DNA of 36,057 nucleotides from a virus (Duplodnaviria; Heunggongvirae; Uroviricota; Caudoviricetes): IMG/VR virus record IMGVR_UViG_2541047846_000002, positions 1 to 36,057 of that record; one strand, 5' to 3'. Shown piece by piece: positions 18,154 to 27,807 of this stretch (position 1 is its first letter; each line of letters starts with the position of its first letter). The notes under the pieces were generated by a model. It saw only the letters and a program-made list of their open reading frames with translations, ran no database searches and was not told where the DNA came from. The position numbers and the translations under genes were made by a program.

Positions 18154-18646
18154 ACGCTGCCTTGTCGGGGCCGTGCTGGCTATTGCTGCCACGCTGCCGG
18201 GTTTTCAGCAGCTTCACACCTCCGTGGAGGGGCTGAAACTGATTGCCGATTACGAAGGTTGTCGTCTGCAGCCGTATCAGTGCAGCGCGGGTGTCTGGAC
18301 CGACGGCATTGGTAATACGTCAGGCGTCATTCCCGGCAAAACCATTACGGAGCGACATGCAGCAGAAGGGCTGATCTCCAACGTGCTGCGTGTGGAGCGG
18401 GCGCTGGAAAGGTGTGTGAAGCAACAGCCGCCGCAGAAGGTGTATGACGCTGCGGTGTCGTTTGCCTTCAACGTGGGAACGGGCAATGCCTGCAGTTCCA
18501 CGCTGGTGAAATTACTCAATCAGCGGCGCTGGGCAGATGCGTGCCGACAGTTGCCGCGCTGGGTTTATGTGAAAGGTGTTTTTAATCAGGGGCTGGATAA
18601 CCGCCGTGCGCGGGAGATGGCCTGGTGTTTACAGGGAGCAAACTGA
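18134..18646 (+). CDS. Endolysin, lysozyme-like with N-terminal signal-anchor-release (SAR) segment
   Basis: N-terminal hydrophobic LVGAVLAIAATLPG then EG...Y...W-T-D-G-I-G-N-T lysozyme catalytic region, resembling SAR endolysins such as P21 R. Confidence 0.8.
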   Translation: MNPSIVKRCLVGAVLAIAATLPGFQQLHTSVEGLKLIADYEGCRLQPYQCSAGVWTDGIGNTSGVIPGKTITERHAAEGLISNVLRVERALERCVKQQPPQKVYDAAVSFAFNVGTGNACSSTLVKLLNQRRWADACRQLPRWVYVKGVFNQGLDNRRAREMAWCLQGAN

Positions 18647-18647
18647 A

Positions 18648-19025
18648 ATGAAAAAGAAATTAATCAGCGGACTGTTTCTGATGTTATGGATGGCGCTGTT
18701 AATCGCAGCAATGGTGTATCCGCAGGGGATTTTTCCGGTACTGGCAGCGTCCGGCGTTTGGGTAGCCTGTTTGCTGACATGGGCGGTAATTCCGGTAGCA
18801 CTGGCTGCGTTAATTAAGAATGGCCCGCTCTGGCAGGAGTTAAGGGCATCTTTGCTGAAGACAATTACCCGAAAAGAAAACGTACTTACCAGTTGGGTGA
18901 TGCGATTGCTGATTGTTGTAAGTCTCGCCTGGACGGGGTGGGCTATTACCCTGGTCTTTTATCTACTGACCGTTATTGCCTTCTGGATCACCCGTAATCA
19001 GATGGCGCAACAGGTAGCAGCATGA
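18648..19025 (+). CDS. lysA: LysA-like membrane protein (lysis timing/holin-associated)
   Basis: 125 aa with several TM segments from ATG 18648; position as P2 lysA. Confidence 0.5.
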   Translation: MKKKLISGLFLMLWMALLIAAMVYPQGIFPVLAASGVWVACLLTWAVIPVALAALIKNGPLWQELRASLLKTITRKENVLTSWVMRLLIVVSLAWTGWAITLVFYLLTVIAFWITRNQMAQQVAA

Positions 19026-19450
19026 ACCGGTTGCTGCTGGTTGTGCTGGCGTTATTACTGGCGGCGCTGGGCTGGCAGACGTGGCGGCTGGCTGATGCCA
19101 GCCAGACCATTAGCACGCAGGCAGACGAGCTGCAGAGCAAAAGCCAGGCACTGGCAAAGAGCAACAGCCAGCTTATCAGCCTGTCCATTTTGACTGAAAC
19201 CAATAACCGGGAGCAGGCGCGACTCTATGCCGAAGCAGAACAGACCAGCGCGCTGCTGAGACAACGACAACACCGGATCGAGGAACTGAAACGTGAGAAC
19301 GAGGATTTACGCCGCTGGGCTGATACTCCTTTGCCTGCTGACATTATCCGGCTGCGGGAACGTCCGACGCTCACCGGAGGTGCAGCTTACCGTCAGTGGT
19401 TGTCCGCGAGTGACGCCGTGTCGGCTGGATCAGGCAGCGCCGCGCACTAA
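19022..19450 (+). CDS. lysB: i-spanin (Rz-like; P2 LysB)
   Basis: N-terminal TM helix followed by predicted coiled coil; ATGA overlap with upstream gene. Confidence 0.65.
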   Translation: MNRLLLVVLALLLAALGWQTWRLADASQTISTQADELQSKSQALAKSNSQLISLSILTETNNREQARLYAEAEQTSALLRQRQHRIEELKRENEDLRRWADTPLPADIIRLRERPTLTGGAAYRQWLSASDAVSAGSGSAAH

Positions 19451-19583
19451 CGGTGATCTGAACGCGTTGCTGGATGAAACGGAGGCCGCCTGGGCGGTCT
19501 GTGCAGACAAAGTGGACATGATTATTGCGTGTCAGGAGCGAAACAGTGAACAAACCACAATCCCTGCGCCACGCCCTCAATAA
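19293..19583 (+). CDS. lysC: o-spanin lipoprotein (Rz1-like; P2 LysC), start embedded in lysB in another frame
   Basis: Signal peptide with lipobox LTLSGC; overlaps 3' part of lysB out of frame; start codon uncertain (GTG 19293). Confidence 0.55.
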   Translation: MRTRIYAAGLILLCLLTLSGCGNVRRSPEVQLTVSGCPRVTPCRLDQAAPRTNGDLNALLDETEAAWAVCADKVDMIIACQERNSEQTTIPAPRPQ

Positions 19584-19977
19584 AGCGGTGCCTTATGTCC
19601 GCAATAACCCGGACAAACTGCATCTGTTTGTGGATAACGGTTCGCTGGTTGCCACGGGGGCCAGCTCCATGTCGTGGGAGTACCGTTACACCCTGAACGC
19701 GGTGATTGAAGATTTCAGCGGCGACCAGAATCTGCTGATGGCCCCGGTTTTGCTGTGGCTGCGGGATAACCAGCCTGATGCCATCAATAACCCGACGTTA
19801 CGGGAAAAGCTATTCACCTTTGAGGTGGATATTCTGCGCAACGATGTCTGTGATATCAGCCTGAACCTGCAGCTGACGGAGCGTGTGCTGGTCAGCACTG
19901 ACGGCAGTGTGTCGAGCGTTGAAGCGGTAGCGGAACCCGATGAACCTGAAGAAATGTGGACGGTGAAACGTGGCTGA
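19546..19977 (+). CDS. R: Tail completion protein R
   Basis: Synteny; GTG 19546 preceded by AGGAG; ORF-track start (TTG 19525) less likely. Confidence 0.6.
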   Translation: MNKPQSLRHALNKAVPYVRNNPDKLHLFVDNGSLVATGASSMSWEYRYTLNAVIEDFSGDQNLLMAPVLLWLRDNQPDAINNPTLREKLFTFEVDILRNDVCDISLNLQLTERVLVSTDGSVSSVEAVAEPDEPEEMWTVKRG

Positions 19978-20416
19978 ACTGCAGAAGGTGGACGACTGGC
20001 TGAGTGCTTTACTGGCGAATCTGGAACCAGCCGCAAGAAGCCGAATGATGCGCCAGCTGGCGCAGGAACTGCGCCGGACACAGCAGCAGAATATCAGGAT
20101 GCAGCGCAATCCAGATGGTAGCAGTTATGAACCGCGCAGGGTAACAGCACGCAGCAAGAAGGGGCGCATCAAACGTCAGATGTTTGCAAAGCTGCGCACC
20201 ACAAAATACCTGAAAACTGCCGCCAGCGCCGACTCTGCCAGCGTACAGTTTGAAGGCAAGGTGCAGCGTATTGCCCGTGTTCACCATTACGGTCTGCGTG
20301 ATCGCGTCAGTCGCAAAGGACCGGAGGTCCGTTACGCAGAGCGCCGCCTGCTGGGTGTAAATGATGATGTTGAGGCAATGACCCGCGACATGATTCTGCA
20401 ATGGCTGGCGGGGTGA
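19970..20416 (+). CDS. S: Tail completion protein S
   Basis: 148 aa, GTG start overlapping R stop; synteny. Confidence 0.65.
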   Translation: MAELQKVDDWLSALLANLEPAARSRMMRQLAQELRRTQQQNIRMQRNPDGSSYEPRRVTARSKKGRIKRQMFAKLRTTKYLKTAASADSASVQFEGKVQRIARVHHYGLRDRVSRKGPEVRYAERRLLGVNDDVEAMTRDMILQWLAG

Positions 20417-20420
20417 TCTT

Positions 20421-20438
20421 TGTATCAGCACTGATACA
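20421..20438. promoter_or_regulatory. Late-promoter activator dyad TGTATCAG-CA-CTGATACA (TGT-N12-ACA) upstream of V operon
   Basis: Perfect 8-bp inverted repeat in the S-V intergenic region. Confidence 0.45.
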
Positions 20439-20484
20439 AGTTGCAGCACTGCCGCCTTTCTTCCCCTGATGGCAACCTTTCCCT

Positions 20485-21063
20485 ATGAACGCACAATTAA
20501 CCGAAATCATGCGCCTTATCACCAATCTGATCCGCACAGGTGTAGTCACCGAAGTGGACCGGGAAAACTGGCTTTGTCGGGTGAAAACAGGCGAGCTTGA
20601 AACTAACTGGATCAGTTGGCTGACGCTGCGTGCCGGAAATGCCCGGACATGGTGGCGACCATCGGAAGGTGAGCAGGTGGTGCTGCTGAGTTTGGGCGGC
20701 AATCTGGAGACTGCCTTTGCGCTGCCCGCTGTCTATTCGAATCAGTTCGCACCGCCGTCAACGTCGGCGGAAGCCTGCGTGACAGAACATCCTGATGGTG
20801 GCTGGTTTGAATACGAACCCGCCACCGGGCGCTGGTATGTCAGGGGCATCAAATCCATGGTCATAGAGGCTGCCGACAACATCACCCTGAAAACCAGTGA
20901 GTTTGTGCTGCAGGCTGACCGCACGCGTATTAACAGCGAAGTGGTGATCAATGGTGGCGTTACCCAGGGCGGCGGTGCGATGAGTTCTAACGGGATCGTG
21001 GTTGATGCGCATCAGCATACTGGCGTCCTGAAAGGCGGCGATACAACCGGAGGCCCGGTATGA
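20485..21063 (+). CDS. V: Baseplate assembly protein V (spike)
   Basis: 192 aa; architecture and position as P2 V. Confidence 0.75.
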   Translation: MNAQLTEIMRLITNLIRTGVVTEVDRENWLCRVKTGELETNWISWLTLRAGNARTWWRPSEGEQVVLLSLGGNLETAFALPAVYSNQFAPPSTSAEACVTEHPDGGWFEYEPATGRWYVRGIKSMVIEAADNITLKTSEFVLQADRTRINSEVVINGGVTQGGGAMSSNGIVVDAHQHTGVLKGGDTTGGPV

Positions 21064-21419
21064 CGCTTTATAGCGGGATGAACAATACCAGCGGTAAAGC
21101 CATTACTGATATTGACCATCTGCGCCAGTCGGTGCGGGACATTCTGCTGACGCCACAGGGTAGCCGCATTGCCCGTCGTGAATATGGTTCCCTGCTGTCG
21201 GCACTGATAGACCAGCCACAAAATCCGGCATTACGCCTGCAGGTCATGTCGGCAGTGTATGTGGCGCTGAGTCGCTGGGAGCCACGGCTGACGCTGGATT
21301 CCATCACCATCAACAGCAACTTTGACGGTTCTATGGTGGTGGAGCTGACCGGGCGGCGGAATAACGGTGTGCCTGTGTCCCTTTCCGTATCAACAGGAGC
21401 AGAGAATGGCAGTGATTGA
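21060..21419 (+). CDS. W: Baseplate protein W (gp25/GPW family)
   Basis: 119 aa; overlap-coupled to V; synteny. Confidence 0.75.
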   Translation: MTLYSGMNNTSGKAITDIDHLRQSVRDILLTPQGSRIARREYGSLLSALIDQPQNPALRLQVMSAVYVALSRWEPRLTLDSITINSNFDGSMVVELTGRRNNGVPVSLSVSTGAENGSD

Positions 21420-22314
21420 CCTTTCGCAGTTGCCTGCACCGCAGATTGTGGATGTGCCGGACTTTGAGACGCTGCTTGCCGAACGCAAGGCAGAATTTGT
21501 GGCGCTTCATCCGAAAGATGAGCAGGAAGCAGTGATCCGCACGCTGGAACTGGAATCTGAACCCGTCACCAAATTGTTGCAGGAGAATGCTTACCGTGAG
21601 TTGCTTCTGCGCCAGCGCATTAACGAAGCCGCGCAGGCGGTGATGGTGGCTTACGCGATGGGCGGCGATCTTGACCAGCTCGCTGCCAACTACAACGTGA
21701 AACGCCTGACGGTGACGCCTGCTGATAATGACGCTGTGCCGCCCGTTGCAGCTGTGATGGAAAGCGATGAAGCGTTACGCCTGCGTGTGCCTGCAGCCTT
21801 TGAGGGGCTTTCAGTTGCGGGACCAACTGCAGCTTATGAATTTCATGCCCGAAGCGCCGACGGTCGGGTGGCGGATGCCAGTGCAACCAGCCCGGCACCT
21901 GCAGAGGTGGTGCTGACTGTCCTTAGCCGCGAAGGCGACGGAACGGCAGAAAAAGACCTGCTGGATGTGGTGGAAAAAGCTCTGAACAGTGAGAACGTCC
22001 GCCCGGTGGCTGATCGTCTGACGGTTCGCAGCGCAGAAATTATCCCGTACCGCGTGGAAGCCACTATTTTTCTCTATCCGGGACCGGAAGCAGAGCCGGT
22101 AATGGCAGCGGCAAAAGCCAGTCTGCAGAAGTACATCGCCAGCCAGACGCGGCTTGGTCGGGATATTCGCCGTAGCGCCATCTTTGCTGCCCTGCATGTT
22201 GAGGGTGTGCAGCGTGTGGAGCTGGCTTCTCCTCTGGCGGATGTGGTCCTGAACAAAACACAGGCGGCATCATGTACGCAGTGGAGCGTAACCAACGGAG
22301 GAACGGATGAATAG
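21406..22314 (+). CDS. J: Baseplate protein J
   Basis: 302 aa from ATG 21406 (RBS CAGGAG); N-terminus MAVIDLSQLPAPQIVDVPDFE resembles P2 J. Confidence 0.8.
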   Translation: MAVIDLSQLPAPQIVDVPDFETLLAERKAEFVALHPKDEQEAVIRTLELESEPVTKLLQENAYRELLLRQRINEAAQAVMVAYAMGGDLDQLAANYNVKRLTVTPADNDAVPPVAAVMESDEALRLRVPAAFEGLSVAGPTAAYEFHARSADGRVADASATSPAPAEVVLTVLSREGDGTAEKDLLDVVEKALNSENVRPVADRLTVRSAEIIPYRVEATIFLYPGPEAEPVMAAAKASLQKYIASQTRLGRDIRRSAIFAALHVEGVQRVELASPLADVVLNKTQAASCTQWSVTNGGTDE

Positions 22315-22912
22315 TCTGCTGCCACCGGGTTCAACACCACTGGAGCGCCGACTGGCGCAAACCTGCAGCGGGATTTCTGATCTGCAGGTGCCGCTTCGTG
22401 ACTTGTGGAATCCGGCAACCTGTCCGGTCAGTTTCCTGCCTTATCTCGCCTGGGCGTTCTCTGTGGATCGCTGGGACGAGGGCTGGACAGAAAGCGTCAA
22501 GCGCCAGGTGGTGAAGGATGCTTTTTATATTCATCAGCATAAAGGGACCACCAGTGCCGTGCGGCGGGTGGTGGAGCCGTTCGGCTTTCTGATCCGCATT
22601 ATTGAGTGGTGGCAGACCGGAGAGGCACCGGGCACGTTTCGCCTGGATATCGGCGTGCAGGACCAGGGCATCACTGAAGATACCTATCAGGAACTTGAGC
22701 GACTGATAAGCGATGCCAAACCATGTAGCCGCCACATGATCGGCATGTCCATCAATCTGCAGACCAGCGGCCCGCATTGGGTGGGAGCTGCCAGCTATCT
22801 TGGCGAAGAAATCACGATTTATCCGTATATCAACGAAACAATTATTTCTGGCGGCACCGCGCATGAAGGCGGGGCGGTCCATGTTATTGACACAATGAGA
22901 GTGAATCCATGA
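22307..22912 (+). CDS. I: Baseplate/tail protein I
   Basis: 201 aa; synteny between J and tail fibre. Confidence 0.7.
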   Translation: MNSLLPPGSTPLERRLAQTCSGISDLQVPLRDLWNPATCPVSFLPYLAWAFSVDRWDEGWTESVKRQVVKDAFYIHQHKGTTSAVRRVVEPFGFLIRIIEWWQTGEAPGTFRLDIGVQDQGITEDTYQELERLISDAKPCSRHMIGMSINLQTSGPHWVGAASYLGEEITIYPYINETIISGGTAHEGGAVHVIDTMRVNP

Positions 22913-24348
22913 GCACAAAATTTTATACCCTGCTGACGGATATTGGCGCGGCGAAACTTGCCAGCGCCGCCGCGCTCGGTGTGCCTTTAAAAATTACCCA
23001 TATGGCGGTCGGCGATGGCGGCGGAACATTACCAACGCCGGACGCAAAGCAGACAGCACTGGTAAATGAGAAACGCCGGGCTGCGCTGAATATGCTCTAT
23101 ATCGACCCGCAGAACAGCAGCCAGATTATTGCTGAACAGGTGATCCCTGAAAACGAGGGCGGTTGGTGGATACGTGAAGTGGGCTTGTTTGATGAGTCCG
23201 GGGCATTGATTGCCGTGGGTAACTGCCCGGAAAGCTATAAGCCGCAACTGGCTGAAGGCAGTGGGCGCACCCAGACCGTGCGCATGGTGCTGATAACCAG
23301 CAGCACGGACAATATCACCCTGAAAATCGACCCTGCTGTAGTGCTGGCAACCCGCAAGTATGTGGATGACAAGGCACTGGAGCTGAAGGTGTACGCGGAT
23401 GATCAGATGGCAAAACATCTTGCCGCACCGGACCCGCATTCACAGTACGCGCCAAAAGCCAGCCCGACATTTACCGGAACCCCCAAAGCGCCAACGCCAG
23501 CGGCGGGGAATAATACCACGCAGGTTGCGACCACTGCGTTTGTACAGGCGGCACTGACGGCCCTTATTAATGGTGCGCCAGCCACGCTGGACACGCTGAA
23601 AGAAATAGCCGCAGCCATTAACAATGATCCGAATTTCAGTACTACCATTAACAATGCGCTGGCACTCAAAGCGCCGCTGTCGAGTCCGGCACTCACCGGA
23701 ACGCCAACAGCCCCCACGGCGGCGCAGTCGGTCAACAATACACAGATTGCCACTACGGCTTTTGTGAAATCGGCGATTGCAGGAATGGTGGGTTCTGCAC
23801 CTGCGGCACTGGATACGCTGAACGAACTGGCGGCGGCGCTGGGGAATGACCCGAACTTTGCCACGACAATGCTTAATGCGCTGGCAGGTAAACAACCGCT
23901 GGACAATACGCTGAATAATTTGAGTGGAAAGGATGTAGAAGGAATTCTTACTTATCTTGGTTTGGGGCATTTGGGAAATGCGGCAGGTAGAAATGTTGGT
24001 AATGCTAATAGTTATGAAATCCCTGACATGAGCTATTTTCAGCTAACAGGAAAAGGAAGCGATAATTTGTTGGTTAAAGGTCCGAATGGTTTAATTATAC
24101 AAATATTTCGAAGAAATCTTCCTAATAGTGCAACTATTGGTATTCCACAACAGCTTGCTATTACATATCCAACGCCATTCCCTAACGGAGTATGGGGTGT
24201 GTTTGTCACAAAAATGACATATGCACAAGTCGTTACGTCGTGCGAAAGTATATATAATGATGGCTTTACTGCTGTAACTTGTTTGACATCAGGAACCAGT
24301 AGTGATTCAAAAGTTTCAAGCGCTGTATTTATTGCATTTGGATATTAA
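22909..24348 (+). CDS. H: Tail fibre protein (P2 gpH-like) with internal tandem repeats and AT-rich distal receptor-binding end
   Basis: 479 aa; repeated ~65-aa units (TGTPKAPT...ATTAFV...APATLDTL...NDPNF); composition shift to AT-rich near 23940. Confidence 0.8.
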   Translation: MSTKFYTLLTDIGAAKLASAAALGVPLKITHMAVGDGGGTLPTPDAKQTALVNEKRRAALNMLYIDPQNSSQIIAEQVIPENEGGWWIREVGLFDESGALIAVGNCPESYKPQLAEGSGRTQTVRMVLITSSTDNITLKIDPAVVLATRKYVDDKALELKVYADDQMAKHLAAPDPHSQYAPKASPTFTGTPKAPTPAAGNNTTQVATTAFVQAALTALINGAPATLDTLKEIAAAINNDPNFSTTINNALALKAPLSSPALTGTPTAPTAAQSVNNTQIATTAFVKSAIAGMVGSAPAALDTLNELAAALGNDPNFATTMLNALAGKQPLDNTLNNLSGKDVEGILTYLGLGHLGNAAGRNVGNANSYEIPDMSYFQLTGKGSDNLLVKGPNGLIIQIFRRNLPNSATIGIPQQLAITYPTPFPNGVWGVFVTKMTYAQVVTSCESIYNDGFTAVTCLTSGTSSDSKVSSAVFIAFGY

Positions 24349-24350
24349 AT

Positions 24351-24827
24351 ATGAAAAGTTATGATGATTATCAACATGATTCTTCTTATGGTTTTATATG
24401 GGATAAGGTAAATGCCAGATTTATGGCGTATATATTAAAAAATGAATATGAAAGAAATGGAATGTGGCCTAAGGAAGGGGTGGATATTTCAAATGAGACT
24501 GCTTGTGAATTCATGAAACAACCTCCGGAAGGAAAAATTCTTGGGGCAGATGATAATGGTATGCCTGCATGGATTGATATGCCACCACTCACATATACAG
24601 AGTTAGTGGCTAAAGCAAAAACTGAAAAACAAGCACGTATAATAGAAGCTGTAAATTATATAAATAACAAACAATGGCAGGGGAAAGCATTGCTTGGGAG
24701 ACTGAATGATACTGAACTGAAAATGTATAATATATGGCTTGATTATATTGAAGCATTAGAGGCCATTGATCCATCAAAAGCCTCTGATACAGCCTTTCCG
24801 ACTAAGCCATTTAACGATTCAGTCTGA
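24351..24827 (+). CDS. Tail fibre assembly chaperone (Tfa/gpG-like)
   Basis: 158 aa immediately after tail fibre gene; AT-rich like the fibre tip. Confidence 0.7.
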   Translation: MKSYDDYQHDSSYGFIWDKVNARFMAYILKNEYERNGMWPKEGVDISNETACEFMKQPPEGKILGADDNGMPAWIDMPPLTYTELVAKAKTEKQARIIEAVNYINNKQWQGKALLGRLNDTELKMYNIWLDYIEALEAIDPSKASDTAFPTKPFNDSV

Positions 24828-25842
24828 GAATTGGATTAACAAACAACCGATCAATAATCAAGCTTAAACCAAGGCTGATAAAAAAAATGACTAAAGACAG
24901 GGATGTTGTTTTTAGTAAAATGTTATCCACGATAAAAGGAATATTGAAATATTTCTCTAACACTCTGAAAACACAAACATGAATTAAATAAATTCCGTAT
25001 GTTAGAGGTGCTATTTTTTCAATGGTTAAAATTATTTTTTTATTATTGATGTTTATTTTTGTAAATGCAATTACTATCAAGGAACACAGTAACAACATAT
25101 TAATCCCTGAGTCAAATGGGTATATGTTAAAGTTATATTTGTTAACGCTAAAATAAACAAACATCACATGTAGTAAAAATATAAAAGGGATGCTATATAC
25201 AATATAATGTGTTTTAATGTCAACTCTTTTTAATAATCCGCCGACAACAAAATATAAAACCCATGTATCTATGCTCTGTAATGGGATTAAATGATGGTAG
25301 TATTGAGAGGATTGGCTTAGAGAGTATGAGTATAATGAATAATAAAAAATGAAAGCCAAAACTATAATCACCTTAAGGCTGTCGGCTTGTGGGATTTTAT
25401 TGACTATGTATTGAATTGCTGGAGCGGTTAAATACAAACCGATAAAGGCATAAACAAACCAGAAATGCACAGAGAGTGAAATAGTGCTTTTAGATATTAA
25501 TGAGAAATATTCAAGTAAATTCGATGACGTTCCATTATTCCAGCTAATGATATAGTAATGTGCTAATGAATATATTACAAAAGGGATAATAATGGCGGGG
25601 ATTCTTTTTTTATAAAACAAAAGTGGAGTGCTATTTTGTCTGTTGAGTAGGTAGTATCCACTTAACATAAAGAATATTGGTAAACCAATGCGTACAATTG
25701 ATTGTGCAAAAAGAGTTTGTATTTGTATACTTTCTGTTTGGTTACTGGTAACAGTATAAGCGTAGTCGGGCGTGACATGAATTCCTATTACAAAAATACA
25801 ACAAATAATACGTAACAGATCTAAAGAAATATCTCTTTTCAT
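24811..25842 (-). CDS. Acyltransferase family 3 integral membrane protein (putative O-antigen/surface polysaccharide acetylase)
   Basis: 343 aa, ~10 hydrophobic helices, N-terminal LDLLRIICCIFVIGIHV (conserved R...H motif of acyltransferase_3); opposite strand to late genes; AT-rich; sits at the Z/fun accessory position between tail fibre genes and FI. Confidence 0.7.
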   Translation of the reverse strand: MKRDISLDLLRIICCIFVIGIHVTPDYAYTVTSNQTESIQIQTLFAQSIVRIGLPIFFMLSGYYLLNRQNSTPLLFYKKRIPAIIIPFVIYSLAHYYIISWNNGTSSNLLEYFSLISKSTISLSVHFWFVYAFIGLYLTAPAIQYIVNKIPQADSLKVIIVLAFIFYYSLYSYSLSQSSQYYHHLIPLQSIDTWVLYFVVGGLLKRVDIKTHYIVYSIPFIFLLHVMFVYFSVNKYNFNIYPFDSGINMLLLCSLIVIAFTKININNKKIILTIEKIAPLTYGIYLIHVCVFRVLEKYFNIPFIVDNILLKTTSLSLVIFFISLGLSLIIDRLFVNPILRLNR

Positions 25843-25962
25843 ATAGTATTCAATCTGATTTAAATGGATGACAGATGCGCAATAGTAAAATAGATTTGCG
25901 TATAATAATCAATACATATTGAGATATATTGATTATTTTATGAAAAGCCCTCATGGCGCTGT

Positions 25963-25980
25963 TGTGCCATTTCCCATACA
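25963..25980. promoter_or_regulatory. Late-promoter activator dyad TGT-N12-ACA upstream of sheath operon
   Basis: TGTGCCATTTCCCATACA about 85 bp upstream of FI start. Confidence 0.5.
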
Positions 25981-26055
25981 ATCCCCATCGCGTGCACCCT
26001 GCGCGTATCAACCAGAACATAGGCAGACCCCCTCTACAACCGGAGAGACTGCCTT

Positions 26056-27228
26056 ATGGCTCAGGATTACCACCACGGAGTGCGCGTTGTTGAAGTCAAC
26101 GAAGGCACCCGATCCATTACCACGGTGAGCACCGCCATCGTGGGCATGGTCTGCACGGGCGATGATGCCGATGCAAAAATGTTTCCTCTTAATAAACCCG
26201 TGCTGATCACTGATGTGCTGACTGCCAGCGGTAAAGCGGGTGAGTCCGGCACGCTGGCCCGTTCGCTGGATGCCATCGCTGACCAGGCAAAACCCGTGAC
26301 CGTTGTTGTGCGTGTGCCGCAGGGTGAAACGGAAGAAGAAACCACAACCAATATCATCGGCGCAGTGACCGCCGAGGGTAAAAAAACAGGCATGAAAGCC
26401 CTGTTATCTGCCCAGTCACAGCTCGGCGTTAAACCGCGCATTCTCGGCGTGCCAGGTCACGATAACAAAGCCGTTGCGACTGAGTTGCTGAGCGTGGCGC
26501 AAAGCCTGCGCGGGTTTGCTTACCTGTCGGCGTATGGCTGCAAAACAGTGGAAGAAGTGCTTACCTACCGCGAAAACTTCAGTCAGCGTGAAGGGATGCT
26601 GATCTGGCCGGATTTTATCAGCTGGGACACGGTGCTGAATGCCGAAGCAACGGCATATGCCACCGCGCGTGCGCTTGGCCTGCGCGCCAAAATTGACGAG
26701 CAGACCGGATGGCACAAAAGCCTGTCCAACGTGGGCGTGAACGGTGTCACCGGAATTTCTGCTGATGTGTTCTGGGATCTGCAGGACACGGCAACAGATG
26801 CAGGTCTGCTTAACCAGAACGACGTTACCACGCTTATCCGCAAAGACGGTTTTCGCTTCTGGGGTTCCCGCTGTCTGAGTGATGATCCGCTTTTTGCCTT
26901 TGAGAACTACACCCGCACGGCGCAGGTACTGATGGACACGATGGCAGAAGCGCACATGTGGGCGGTGGACAAACCGCTGAACCCGTCGCTGGCCCGCGAC
27001 ATTATCGAAGGTATCCGCGCCAAAATGCGCAGCCTGGTCAGTCAGGGCTATCTCATTGGTGGTGATTGCTGGCTGGACGAGTCGGTGAATGACAAAGACA
27101 CGCTGAAAGCCGGAAAACTCACCATCGACTACGACTACACGCCAGTGCCGCCACTTGAAAACCTGATGCTGCGTCAGCGCATCACCGATCAGTACCTGGT
27201 GAATTTCGCCAGCCAGGTCAGCGCGTAA
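26056..27228 (+). CDS. FI: Tail sheath protein (FI)
   Basis: 390 aa; first gene of FI-FII-E-T-U-D operon; size as P2 FI. Confidence 0.85.
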   Translation: MAQDYHHGVRVVEVNEGTRSITTVSTAIVGMVCTGDDADAKMFPLNKPVLITDVLTASGKAGESGTLARSLDAIADQAKPVTVVVRVPQGETEEETTTNIIGAVTAEGKKTGMKALLSAQSQLGVKPRILGVPGHDNKAVATELLSVAQSLRGFAYLSAYGCKTVEEVLTYRENFSQREGMLIWPDFISWDTVLNAEATAYATARALGLRAKIDEQTGWHKSLSNVGVNGVTGISADVFWDLQDTATDAGLLNQNDVTTLIRKDGFRFWGSRCLSDDPLFAFENYTRTAQVLMDTMAEAHMWAVDKPLNPSLARDIIEGIRAKMRSLVSQGYLIGGDCWLDESVNDKDTLKAGKLTIDYDYTPVPPLENLMLRQRITDQYLVNFASQVSA

Positions 27229-27237
27229 GGGGACAAC

Positions 27238-27753
27238 ATGGCTTTACCACGCAAATTAAAACACCTGAACCTGTTTAACGACGGGAACAACTGGCAGGGG
27301 ATCGTTGAGTCGCTGACGCTGCCGAAATTTACCCGCAAATATGAGAAGTATCGCGGCGGCGGAATGCCGGGTGCGGTGGATGTGGATCTGGGGCTTGATG
27401 ACAGTGCGCTGGACACAGAATTTTCCATTGGTGGTACTGAATTGCTGCTGTTTAAACAGATGGGTAAAGCCACGGTGGATGGCATCCAGCTGCGCTTTAC
27501 CGGCTCTATTCAGCGTGACGATACCGGGGAAGTGCAGGCCGTGGAGCTTGTCGTGCGTGGACGTCACAAAGAAGTGGATTCCGGCGAGTGGAAGACGGGC
27601 GAAAGCAACACCACCAAAGTGACCAGTACCAACAGCTACGCGAAGCTGACCATCAATGGTGAGGTGCTCTATGAAGTGGACCTTATCAACATGGTGGAAA
27701 TTGTGGACGGTGTGGACCTGATGGAAGCGCACCGCAACGCCCTCGGCCTCTGA
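27238..27753 (+). CDS. FII: Tail tube protein (FII)
   Basis: 171 aa directly after sheath. Confidence 0.8.
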   Translation: MALPRKLKHLNLFNDGNNWQGIVESLTLPKFTRKYEKYRGGGMPGAVDVDLGLDDSALDTEFSIGGTELLLFKQMGKATVDGIQLRFTGSIQRDDTGEVQAVELVVRGRHKEVDSGEWKTGESNTTKVTSTNSYAKLTINGEVLYEVDLINMVEIVDGVDLMEAHRNALGL

Positions 27754-27807
27754 TATATCTGAACGGCGCGGGATACCGCGCCAGAACCCAATTGACAGGA
27801 CAGCAAA

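Noticed and set aside
22331-23970. Minus-strand ORFs of 195, 136, 167 and 176 aa within baseplate I and tail fibre H
   Set aside because: Antisense to well-supported structural genes; Cys/Arg-rich translations from repeat DNA.
25919-26128. 69-aa plus-strand ORF overlapping the FI promoter region and FI start
   Set aside because: Overlaps the late-promoter dyad and the sheath gene start in another frame; no RBS; more likely non-coding leader.
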